From an uncultured delta proteobacterium (lineage in GTDB: Bacteria; Myxococcota_A; Polyangia; Fen-1088), in the NCBI GenBank assembly GCA_963796685.1, contig CAWCMR010000025.1:1728001-1792000 (forward strand): a stretch of DNA of 64,000 nt, written 5' to 3'. The notes below the pieces were generated by a model that was given only the letters and a program-made list of their open reading frames with translations, ran no database searches and was not told where the DNA came from. Positions 10,523 through 19,363 of this stretch are shown here, piece by piece (the first letter of the stretch is position 1; each line of letters opens with the position of its first letter). Position numbers and translations under genes: made by a program.

Positions 10523-10996
10523 CTAGTTGATCTTCACCGCGCCGCCGCGGATGCGGTTCAGGTTGCTCGCTCGCGTGGTGACGTTCTTGCCGCGCACGCT
10601 GACCTCGCCTGCGGCGGTTACCGTGACGATGGATTTGCCCGTTCGGATGTGGATGGATTCGCTGGCCGAAAGCTCAACCGTCTTGGCGTCGATGCGGAAA
10701 TGCTCGTCCAGCGCTTGGTGCTCGGGCGCGGAGAACACGCACCACAGCAGTGGCACCCGGATGCCCTCGGGTTGCACCGCGATGGCTTGCACGGGCGCCA
10801 GTGCCACGGCCGCCTCCAGCCAGCGCTTGTCCACGTGGCGGGGAACGCGAAGCTCGGTGATGTCCCCTTCCTCGTCGCGAAACCTTGCCTTGCCGTCGGC
10901 ACTCAGGCCGATCACCACGCCCTCGACGGATCGCCCCTGAACCAGCCTGGGTTCCTCGGCGAAGGACACGGATCGAAGCTTGCGAGCTACACGCAT
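10523..10996 (-). CDS. DUF6484-like protein resembling the VgrG C-terminal spike
   Basis: Ends IDAKTVELSASESIHIRTGKSIVTVTAAGEVSVRGKNVTTRASNLNRIRGGAVKIN; AGGAGG RBS; first gene of the cassette. Confidence 0.78.
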   Translation of the reverse strand: MRVARKLRSVSFAEEPRLVQGRSVEGVVIGLSADGKARFRDEEGDITELRVPRHVDKRWLEAAVALAPVQAIAVQPEGIRVPLLWCVFSAPEHQALDEHFRIDAKTVELSASESIHIRTGKSIVTVTAAGEVSVRGKNVTTRASNLNRIRGGAVKIN

Positions 10997-11069
10997 GGTA
11001 TGCCTCCTGGAAGAGCCTACTTATAGCGCAACCCGGAAGGCACGTCGTGTCTTTAGGAGCGGCCTTGCA

Positions 11070-12238
11070 TCAGAACAGATTGATGTCGCCCGCTGCGATT
11101 TGCTTCCACGGGACAAGGTCAATCTCGGGGGCCAACGCGCGGGGCTCATCGCTGGTCGTGACCACCCATCCCCGTTTCAGACCAAGGTCCTTCATACACT
11201 GGCGCAGACCAGCGTAGCCGTGCCGGTCGACCGAAGCTCCAGTTTGATCTCGATAGGCAGGACTTTCCGGCCCTCGACGACAAGCAGGTCGACTTCAGCC
11301 CCGGCCTGCGTGCGCCAGAAGAAGATCTCCGGACGGACCAATCGGGTGCTGGCCAAGGCCGCAAGCTCCTCGATCACCAAGCCTTCGAAAGATGCGCCTC
11401 GACGCGACCACGTGGCTAGGTCGCGCGGCTGCCGCAGGCCGGCCAAGTGGTGCAGAAGGCCGGTGTCACGAACATAGAGCTTGGGGCTTTTGGTCAGGCG
11501 CTTCTGTACGTTGGCGAAGTAGGGCGGCAAACGTCGAATCATGAATGCGCCCTCTAGGACATCCAGATCCGCGGCAACGGTGTGTGAGGAAACGCCAAGC
11601 GAGCGTGCCAGATCCGCCACGTTGAGCAAGTTCCCGTGGACGTGGGTCAGCATGGTCCACAGCGTGCGCAATCTGCGCGGTGGCATGCCAACCCCGAGGG
11701 CAGGAAGGTCACGCTCCAGTAACGTGGACACGTACGCGCCCAGCCACTCGACCCGGGCGCGTGCATCTGCAAGTGCGTGAACCGGGGGAAATCCACCCCA
11801 GAACCACCGGTCATCGGCCCGCCGCGTGCGTGCGAGCTCGCGCATCAGGAACGGCGTCAGCTCAACTATTGCCACGCGCCCGGCCAGCGTCTCCGAGACA
11901 GAGCGCATGAGCATTGGGCTGGCGGATCCGAGGAGCAGGAATCGCCCGTGGCCGCGCCCCCTATCGATCTGGTGGCGCAGCGCCTGAAACAGCTCGGGCA
12001 TGCGCTGGGCCTCGTCGATGGCCAGCGCGCGCGGGTTGGCCAGCAGGAACCCCTCGATGTCGGCCGCAAGCGTATCGAAGTCCAGGGGGCGCTCCAGATC
12101 CAGGTGCGTCCATTCCGGCAGTGCTTGGCGGGCCAAAGTACTTTTCCCCGATTGCCGCGGACCAACCAGCAAGACCGCCGGAAACGATCGCAGCAACGTC
12201 GTGAGATGTTCTGACTGCACGCGGGGAACAAGACGCAT
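11070..12238 (-). CDS. AAA_14 ATPase-wHTH-DUF4143 protein, copy 1 (frameshift near 11240)
   Basis: GPRQSGKS, IDEAQR, SETLAGR, GGFP, KSPKLYVRDTGL, FWRT..GAEVD..IEIK; adding one G after AAACTG gives LGASVDRHGYAGLRQCMKDLG...INLF* with stop at 11070. Confidence 0.88.
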
Positions 12239-12240
12239 AC

Positions 12241-12275
12241 CTTGTATTTTTGCACCTAGGGTTCATAAATACAAG
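12241..12275. promoter_or_regulatory. 35-bp imperfect palindrome over a leaderless-type promoter of ATPase copy 1
   Basis: CTTGTATTTTTGCACCTAGGGTTCATAAATACAAG; 14 of 16 arm positions pair; ends 2 nt from the ATG. Confidence 0.7.
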
Positions 12276-12308
12276 TTGTCGGAAGGTCACAACGCGCATG
12301 CGAAGCCG

Positions 12309-12403
12309 CACTACCAAGCCCTGAATCTGGATACCGTGCGCGAATCATCGGCTCCCATCTGGATGACCTGGCTGCATTCGCAAGTTGGTGTCTGAAAAGG
12401 TAG
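12309..12403 (+). pseudogene. C-terminal remnant of a HepT/DUF86 (HEPN) toxin gene
   Basis: With one frame correction reads HYQALNLDTVR-IIGSHLDDLAAFASWCLKR*, like the DUF86 tail HDYxxLxLxIVxxIIxxHLDD. Confidence 0.45.
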
Positions 12404-12463
12404 GCCGCTGGCGACCGCGCGTTCCTGGCGCAACCCTCAAGACACGTCGTGCCTTTCGCGGCT

Positions 12464-13628
12464 CTACCAGCGCTCTTGCTGAACCTTCGCCCAGGGGATG
12501 ACGGCAACCCCTTGTCGCTTCTGGCTTTCACTGCCGCCGTAGACCAACCGGCGAACGATGGGAGACGACTTGGGCACGCGCGTGCTGAAGGTCGTCATGC
12601 CCGCGAAGAAGGAAGCATCCACGGTGCTGCCGGACTTGGCCTCGACGGCAATCCAACCTCGTTCGCTCTGCACCAGCAGATCGACTTCCGGGCCCCGGGC
12701 TTCCCGGTAGTGGAACATGCGCAGGGGTTGCCCGGCGTGAAGCCGCGCTTTGGCCACTTCGGACACCATCCAGGATTCGAAGATCGCACCGCGCAGTGGG
12801 TGCGAAACCAGGTGTTCGGCGGTGCGGATGCCGAGCAGTTGACAGGCCAGGCCTGAATCGAGCATGTGCAGTTTGGGCGCCTTCACGACTTGCTTGCGTG
12901 TGTTAGGGTGCCAGGCCGGTAGCAGGACGATCAAGTAGCTGGCTTCCAGCACCGACAGCCAGGCTCGGATGGTGTTCACCGACACGCCGGCGTCGCCTGC
13001 AAGCGAGGATGCGTTTACCTCCTGGCCTGTCCTGCCGGCCACCAGGGTTAGAAATGCCTGGAAGGTGTGCAGATCCGTTACGCGCAGCAATTGGAGCACG
13101 TCCCGTTCCACGTAGGTGGCGACGTAGTCGGCCAGCCAGACTCCCGGATCCAGGCCGCGATCGAAGATCCGGGGGTACCCGCCCGCCACAAGGCCATCCC
13201 ACAAGTCTATGGGAGGCTTGGGAAAGGCCGCTCGCTCGTCGAGGCTCAAAGGCAGCAGTGTGAGCATCGCGGTGCGCCCGGCGAGGGACTGCGATACCGC
13301 TTCCCGCACGGCCAGATTCTGGCTTCCGGTGAGGATGAATCGACCTGGACGGGCATCCCGGTCCACCTCTTCTTGCAGATAGGAGACGAGATCCGGCGCG
13401 CGCTGGATCTCGTCGAGAATGGCACCATCACGGATGCTGGCGAGAAAGCCGCGCGGATCCTCGATGGCGAAACGGCGATGGTCCACGGATTCGAGGGATC
13501 GGTACGGCAGGTGTGGGAAGAGCCCTCGACAAAGGGTGGTCTTACCCGATTGGCGTGGTCCCGTCAGGGTCAGCACGGGATACGCGCGCGCGTTCTCGCA
13601 GCAGCCGAGTCAGGCGGCGGGGAACCAT
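12464..13628 (-). CDS. AAA_14 ATPase-wHTH-DUF4143 protein, copy 2 (frameshift in CG run near 13585)
   Basis: GPRQSGKTT, LDEIQR, SQSLAGR, GGYP, KAPKLHMLDSGL, GAIFES, EVDLL..VEAKS; restoring one CG in the (CG)n run gives MVPRRLTRLLRERARAYPVLTL from ATG 13628. Confidence 0.88.
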
Positions 13629-13649
13629 ACCCCAACCTATCCCGCGGTA

Positions 13650-13680
13650 CATGGATTTGCAATGCGATTGAAAATCCATG
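13650..13680. promoter_or_regulatory. 31-bp palindrome overlapping the -35 of ATPase copy 2
   Basis: CATGGATTTGCAATGCGATTGAAAATCCATG; 13 of 14 arm positions pair; minus strand TTGCAA-17-TAGGTT-5-ATG. Confidence 0.72.
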
Positions 13681-13842
13681 AAGCAGGCGCGGACGCCCAA
13701 GCGGCGATCGCCGTAGGCCAACCATCACGCCTTCGGCGGAGCGCCCCTCGCAGACACGCCGTGTCTATGCCACATCGCCACGACCAAGCTGAATTGATGA
13801 GCCATTTGTCGACTGGCCCGGCACATACTGGCAGGAGCATCC

Positions 13843-14778
13843 ATGAGACTTGAGGGTCAGTTCCTATCGGGTAAACTTGTCTGCGGGACAATGTTCGTGT
13901 TGGTCCTCGGCGCAAGCTGTGGCAAGGCCTCCTCGGGCGGCGGCGCGGGTCAAGGGAGCGCGACCGGGGGCGATTCGGGGCAGGGCGGCGCGGGCACGAG
14001 CACGGGCGGCTCTCCTGGCTCTGGCGGCGACGCCGTCGGAACAGGCGGTGCGACTGGATCGGGTGGCAGCCGAGCGACGAGCACGGGCGGCGTCATGGGT
14101 TCGGGCGGTGCTGCTGCTGGCTCGGGCGGATCGACTGCGGGCACGGGGGGGGCCGGCAGCGGCGGCATGCCGGGCAGCGGTGGCGCCACTTCGCCACCCG
14201 ACGCTGGACCCGACTCGGCCACCAGGGATTCCCGGAGGGGCGCGGATGCCAGCACCTCGCGGGACGCCGTGGTCGACGTGGCAGCGGTGTCGGCGGACTC
14301 TGGTTCACCGACGGGAGATGGCGGGTGTGTACCCGACTATTCTTGCAAACCGACCTCGCCCAACACGGGGGATCCCGCGGCCGATTGTGTGGCGCGCGTG
14401 AATCAATTCCGCGCCTGCGTGTGCCTGCCACCGCTCGCACGCTGGACCGCGGGCGAGGCGTGCGCCGACCAAGACTCGCAGTACGATTCCCAACAGAGCT
14501 CCGCGCACGCCGGCTTCATCGCAGGCATCTGCGCCTCGGGGAACGCGCAAGACGAGTGTCCCGACTGGGGCGGCTACACCGACGAGAAGGTGATCGATCA
14601 GTGTTTGCAGATGATGTTCGATGAAGGCCCGCCACCGACCGCGTCGTGTACCGGCACCTGCTACGAAGCCCATGGCCACTACATCAACATGACCGGCACC
14701 AGTTACAAGAGCGGCGTGGCTTGCGGCTTCTACACCACCGCCAGCGGCAGCGTGTGGGCAGCCCAGAACTTCCAGTAG
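13843..14778 (+). CDS. Lipoprotein with Gly/Ser tether and CAP/SCP domain
   Basis: Lipobox LGASC; CVARVNQFRA..LPPL, AHAGF, AQDEC, MMFDEG, GHYINM..VACG..VWAAQNF. Confidence 0.8.
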   Translation: MRLEGQFLSGKLVCGTMFVLVLGASCGKASSGGGAGQGSATGGDSGQGGAGTSTGGSPGSGGDAVGTGGATGSGGSRATSTGGVMGSGGAAAGSGGSTAGTGGAGSGGMPGSGGATSPPDAGPDSATRDSRRGADASTSRDAVVDVAAVSADSGSPTGDGGCVPDYSCKPTSPNTGDPAADCVARVNQFRACVCLPPLARWTAGEACADQDSQYDSQQSSAHAGFIAGICASGNAQDECPDWGGYTDEKVIDQCLQMMFDEGPPPTASCTGTCYEAHGHYINMTGTSYKSGVACGFYTTASGSVWAAQNFQ

Positions 14779-14834
14779 CCTAGGCAGGCGCACCAGGTTC
14801 GCTCAGGCCCTCACCAGGCAGAGCGATGGGTTGG

Positions 14835-16328
14835 CTACTGAACCCAGTCGCTGGTGGCTTTGGCTGCCAGCCAGTCTTTCACCACGATGCCGAAGGGGGT
14901 CAACGCCGTGAGATCGCTGTCGGAGAACATGTTAGGCGTCCAGCCGTTGTCGGTCACCCAAGCGGTCCAACTGGCCCCGTTGCCGTCGACCAGGGCTTCG
15001 AAGTCCGTCCCCCACGTCGCGCTCGTGGTTCCGCCGACGGTGTCACTGGGGTTCTGGTCATATCCCCATTCCGTAATGAAGACCGGAGCCTTGGACACGG
15101 CGGTCGATACCTGTGTCTTGAATGTGGCATTCCAGTTCCCCGGATAGACGTGAGCCGTGAACATCAAGTTTGACTTCGGATCCGAAGGCGGATCGCTGGC
15201 GGCGTCGCCCGGGTGCTGATCGTAGCTGTGGGATGGAACGATGATGATATTGGATGCACCGGCACTTCGTATCGTGGTGATCCAGCCCTGCACGACTGGC
15301 TTGAGCGCCGCCCAATTGGACGTGGAGTCTATCGGCTCGTTGAAGGGTTCGTAGATGACATTGGTGTAGCTCGCGAATTTGGGAGCAATATCGGTCCAGA
15401 AGGTTGTTGCGTCCGTGGCTGATGTGCCCTTCGTGATGTCGTCGATTTGGTGGAAGTCGATGATCACGTACAAGTTCTTGCTGGTGGCGTAGTCGATCGC
15501 GGGCTTCAGAACTTTGCTGACGTAGTCCGCGGCATTCATGGTACCGGTGCTGGCGGGCGTGCAGTTTGCACCCGAACCGGTACCACCCACCGGGTAGGGC
15601 AAGGGAGAGCAATAGGAGCTGCCACCGTTGTAGTCGACCTTCGGGTACACGGGCAGACGCACGACGTGGCCTTGCACGCCAGCGGCAGCTATCTTGTCCA
15701 TGCGATCCGTAATGCCCTTCACGCTGTTGCCCGCATAGCTGTAGAGCGGGCCGATGTCGATTAGCGACGACCCGCGCAGGACGATGGTCTTGCCGGTCGG
15801 GTCTTGCAGCTTCGTTCCGTTGACGGTGAGTGCGGGCAAGCCGCCTGTGCTGCCGCCCGAGGCGCTGCTGCCGCCGCTCCCGGATCCGCCGGTGCCGCCG
15901 CCTCCCGAACCAGCGCCGCCAGCTCCGGACCCGCCCGAACCGCCTTTCGCCGTGGTGCCGCCCGAGCCGTTGCCGCCAGACCCGGTACCGCCGGAGCCAG
16001 CACCACCCGTGCCGCTGTTGCCGCCCATCGTGCTCGAGCCACCGCTTCCGCCCGCGCCGCCCGAGCCGTTGCCACTCGAACCTCCTTTGGCAGTCGTGCC
16101 GCCGCTTCCATTGCTGCCGCCCGACCCGGTCGTCCCGCCTGACCCGCTGCTGCCGCCGGACGCGGTCGTGCTTCCAGCCGATCCACCCTGGCCACTCGAA
16201 CCGCCCGTGCTCGCGCGCCCGCCCGACCCGCCGTGGCCCGGCGAACCGGTGCCGCTGTCCTGCGCGCAGCCGCAAGCGAACGCGACGCACAGAAACATGG
16301 TTCCCGCGGGTAGCTTGCTCTTTGTCAT
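14835..16328 (-). CDS. GH5 endoglucanase/cellulase lipoprotein
   Basis: Lipobox ACGC, Gly/Ser linker, VLRG, VRLP, YVIIDFH, IYEPFNEP (acid/base), HVYP, FITEWG (nucleophile), SWTAW. Confidence 0.92.
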   Translation of the reverse strand: MTKSKLPAGTMFLCVAFACGCAQDSGTGSPGHGGSGGRASTGGSSGQGGSAGSTTASGGSSGSGGTTGSGGSNGSGGTTAKGGSSGNGSGGAGGSGGSSTMGGNSGTGGAGSGGTGSGGNGSGGTTAKGGSGGSGAGGAGSGGGGTGGSGSGGSSASGGSTGGLPALTVNGTKLQDPTGKTIVLRGSSLIDIGPLYSYAGNSVKGITDRMDKIAAAGVQGHVVRLPVYPKVDYNGGSSYCSPLPYPVGGTGSGANCTPASTGTMNAADYVSKVLKPAIDYATSKNLYVIIDFHQIDDITKGTSATDATTFWTDIAPKFASYTNVIYEPFNEPIDSTSNWAALKPVVQGWITTIRSAGASNIIIVPSHSYDQHPGDAASDPPSDPKSNLMFTAHVYPGNWNATFKTQVSTAVSKAPVFITEWGYDQNPSDTVGGTTSATWGTDFEALVDGNGASWTAWVTDNGWTPNMFSDSDLTALTPFGIVVKDWLAAKATSDWVQ

Positions 16329-16449
16329 CACGACCCTTCTGCCGGAGTTTCCTGTCAGCGCCTATATGGTGCATTCGTGCTGTGAATCCGTCAACGACCG
16401 GGAGGGACGGATGTGGTTCGCGTCACCGAGGGGGGGCGCGGCTTCTCCT

Positions 16450-16534
16450 CCCCTCACCGGCCGCGCTTCGCGCGTCGGCCTCTCCCCGCGTGCCCGCGGG
16501 GCGAGGCGATAGGGCCGCGCTGCGCGGCCCCTAC
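16450..16534. repeat. Composite REP-like palindromic element
   Basis: CCCCTCACC..(CGCGCTTCGCGCG)..CCTCTCCCCGC..GCGGGGCGAGG followed by hairpin GGGCCGCG-CTG-CGCGGCCC-CTAC. Confidence 0.5.
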
Positions 16535-16681
16535 AAAACAGCGTCCGGGCTCAAAGGCGTGCTTTCAGGACCTTGAAAGGGCTGGCTTCCCAGGTCAATC
16601 GCCTGAGGTGTATAGAGTCGGCGGGCAGTATTGGCTCATCAGCCGCGCCATCGCATGGCCACCAACATACCAGAGGTTCAA

Positions 16682-19309
16682 ATGCATCAACACCAGTCGG
16701 GTCTTTCGCGCCATGCAGCGCTGGCCGTCATCCTCCTTGGTGCCTCGGCGGTTGCCTGTCGGCCAACCGCACAGGCCCGTTCAGGAGGAACCGGTGGCAG
16801 CGCGGGCAGCGGCGGCTCGGGTGGCAACGGTGGCGGCGGCGGCGCGGCGACGACCAGCTCTTTCGGCGGCAGCGGTGGCGGTTCGGCCGGAAGCAGCGGC
16901 GGCGCGAGTGGCTCGGGCGGGGCCAGCTCCGGCGGCTCCGGCGGGACGACGAACAAGGGCGGCGCTGGTGGTTCGGGCGGCGCCAGCGGCGGCGTTGGCG
17001 GAGGCGAAGGCGGCACCTCAGGCGGCGGCAGCGGTGGCACCACGGACGCGAAGCTGAGTTGCGACGGCAAGACCTTCCCGCTACCGGCGGATCCGATGAT
17101 GCCGGGCTATTCCGACCACACGACCTTCCAAACCAAGGCCACCAACACGGTTGCGAACATGTCGTCGGCGGAGATGGCCCAGCAAATGCGCGGGAACGAT
17201 CCCGGATCCTCGTCGGCGAGGAACTGGAACAACATCTTCAGTCAGCCAGATAACACCACCAAGGGAATCGATGGCTATACCTATCGGGACGGCCCCCGCG
17301 GCGTGAATCTGGACGCCCCCATCCAGGCCACCAGCACCTCGCACGGCAATTCCACCGTCTTCCCCGTGGCCGCGGCGCGCGGCGCGAGCTTCGACCTGGG
17401 TCTCGAATACCGTATCGGCGAAGCGATGGGCAACGAGATGGTAGCAGCTGGCCAGACCATGCTGCTCGCACCCACGGTGAACATCTTGCGCCACCCTCTG
17501 TGGGGCCGCGCGCAGGAAACCTACGGCGAGGACACCTTCTTGCTCGGCCGCATGGGTACGGCCAGCGTGGCCGGCATCCAGCAGTACGTCGCGGCTTGTG
17601 TGAAGCACTTCGCGGCCAACAACATCGAGAACAAGCGCGCGAGCGACAACTCGACCATGGACGAGCAGACCTTGCGCGAGGTCTATTCACGACACTTCGA
17701 GATGATCATCAAGGATGGCGGCGTTGCCTGCGTCATGGCCGCGCTCAACCTAGTGAACGGCCTCAACTGCACCCAGAACGCGCACCTGCTCAACGACATT
17801 TTGCGTAACGACTTCGGCTTCCAGGGTTTCGTGATGTCCGACTGGTGGGCCATTCCGGGCGGCAACAGCGGCACGCCCAGCGCAACCTTGGGCGCAGCAG
17901 CGGTGGCGGCCGGCCTCGACATGGAATTGCCATGGAACTGGGACTTCAATTCCATCGACAGCACGAGCTCGGGGGTGACTTCCTCGCAGCTGCAGACCGC
18001 GGCCAAGCGCATTCTCGAGCAGAAGTACCGGTTCAATGCCGACCAGGGCAAAGGGTTGAAGACGTCGACCACGACCTTCAGCGGCGGCTCGATCACCACT
18101 CCCGACACCGACCTCGCGCTGAAAGCGGCTGAAGAATCGATGGTCCTGCTCAAGAACGACAACAAGGCGCTACCTTTGAGCACCTCGGTGTCCAAGATCG
18201 CCGTCATCGGGGCAAAGCTCGACTACTGGGCGCCGGTCGACAGCTCGGGCGCGACCACGGGTCCTGGCATCAACAACCGAGCCGACGACGTGAACAACGG
18301 GACCATCGATTTTGCCAATGGCGTGCGCATCGGCGATGTGGGCTCGAGCCGCGTGCGCTTCGACTCTGCGAAGGCGGTCAGCCCTTGCCAAGGCTTCCAG
18401 AATCTCCTCGGCGCGGGCAAGGTCACGTGCAGCAACAGCGCCTCGGATGCCAAGGGCATGGACGCGGTCATCGTCGTGGCCGGCCTGACCCCGTACGACG
18501 AGGGCGAGGAGTACAACGGCAGCGGCGATCGGTCGACGTTTGCCCTTGATGGCAAGCCCAACAGCTCCGGCAGCAACACCGGCGTGCAGAACAAGCTCAT
18601 CACCGACGCGGTGTCGAGCGCGGCCGGCAAGCCGGTCATCGTGATTCTCGAAGGCGGCAGCGTCATCGACATGCCCTGGCTGTCGCAGGTTTCCGCGGTG
18701 ATCATGGCCTGGTATCCCGGCATGTCGGGCGGGACGGCCATGGCCGAGTTGGCCTTCGGCAAGAAGAACTTCAGCGGCAAGCTGCCGATCTCTTGGCCGA
18801 AAGCGCTCAGCGATTTGCCGACCTTCAACGGCGGCACCGCCACCCAGATGGACTACTACCTCGGCTATCGCTACTTCGACAACGCCGGCAAGACGCCGCT
18901 TTATCCCTTCGGCTACGGCCTCAGCTACACCACGTTCGACTACAGCAACCTGGTGGTTCCCTGCGCAACCGTCACCAAGGACGGCGTGGTGGATGTTTCG
19001 GTCGACGTGACCAACTCGGGCAGCGTGGATGGCGACGAGATCGTCCTGCTCTTCACGTCGTACCCGAACGCGACCAAGCGACGTTCGGCCAAGGAGCTGA
19101 AGGGCTTCGCGCGGATCTCCATCGCGGCCGGCGCCAAGCAGACCGTGACCATCCCGGTGCGCGTGTCGGATCTCAAGTACTGGGATCACGACAAGGACGG
19201 CACCACCAAGGATGGCAGCGGCTGGCTCATCGATTCGGGCCCGGTCAAGGTCATGGTCGGCGGCAGCTCGGACAACCTGCCGCTCTCGGATACCTTCTCG
19301 GTGAACTGA
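16682..19309 (+). CDS. GH3 beta-glucosidase lipoprotein with Fn3-like C-terminal domain
   Basis: DGPRGV, LLAPTVNILRHPLWGRAQETYGED, KHFAANN, FVMSDW (nucleophile), GLDMELP, ESMVLLKN, AWYPG, PFGYGLSYT, KELKGF; GAGG RBS before ATG 16682. Confidence 0.95.
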   Translation: MHQHQSGLSRHAALAVILLGASAVACRPTAQARSGGTGGSAGSGGSGGNGGGGGAATTSSFGGSGGGSAGSSGGASGSGGASSGGSGGTTNKGGAGGSGGASGGVGGGEGGTSGGGSGGTTDAKLSCDGKTFPLPADPMMPGYSDHTTFQTKATNTVANMSSAEMAQQMRGNDPGSSSARNWNNIFSQPDNTTKGIDGYTYRDGPRGVNLDAPIQATSTSHGNSTVFPVAAARGASFDLGLEYRIGEAMGNEMVAAGQTMLLAPTVNILRHPLWGRAQETYGEDTFLLGRMGTASVAGIQQYVAACVKHFAANNIENKRASDNSTMDEQTLREVYSRHFEMIIKDGGVACVMAALNLVNGLNCTQNAHLLNDILRNDFGFQGFVMSDWWAIPGGNSGTPSATLGAAAVAAGLDMELPWNWDFNSIDSTSSGVTSSQLQTAAKRILEQKYRFNADQGKGLKTSTTTFSGGSITTPDTDLALKAAEESMVLLKNDNKALPLSTSVSKIAVIGAKLDYWAPVDSSGATTGPGINNRADDVNNGTIDFANGVRIGDVGSSRVRFDSAKAVSPCQGFQNLLGAGKVTCSNSASDAKGMDAVIVVAGLTPYDEGEEYNGSGDRSTFALDGKPNSSGSNTGVQNKLITDAVSSAAGKPVIVILEGGSVIDMPWLSQVSAVIMAWYPGMSGGTAMAELAFGKKNFSGKLPISWPKALSDLPTFNGGTATQMDYYLGYRYFDNAGKTPLYPFGYGLSYTTFDYSNLVVPCATVTKDGVVDVSVDVTNSGSVDGDEIVLLFTSYPNATKRRSAKELKGFARISIAAGAKQTVTIPVRVSDLKYWDHDKDGTTKDGSGWLIDSGPVKVMVGGSSDNLPLSDTFSVN

Positions 19310-19363
19310 ATTCTTGCAGAGTCGCTTGACCCGCCGGCGACTTTCGCTTTGGATAGGGCCGCC

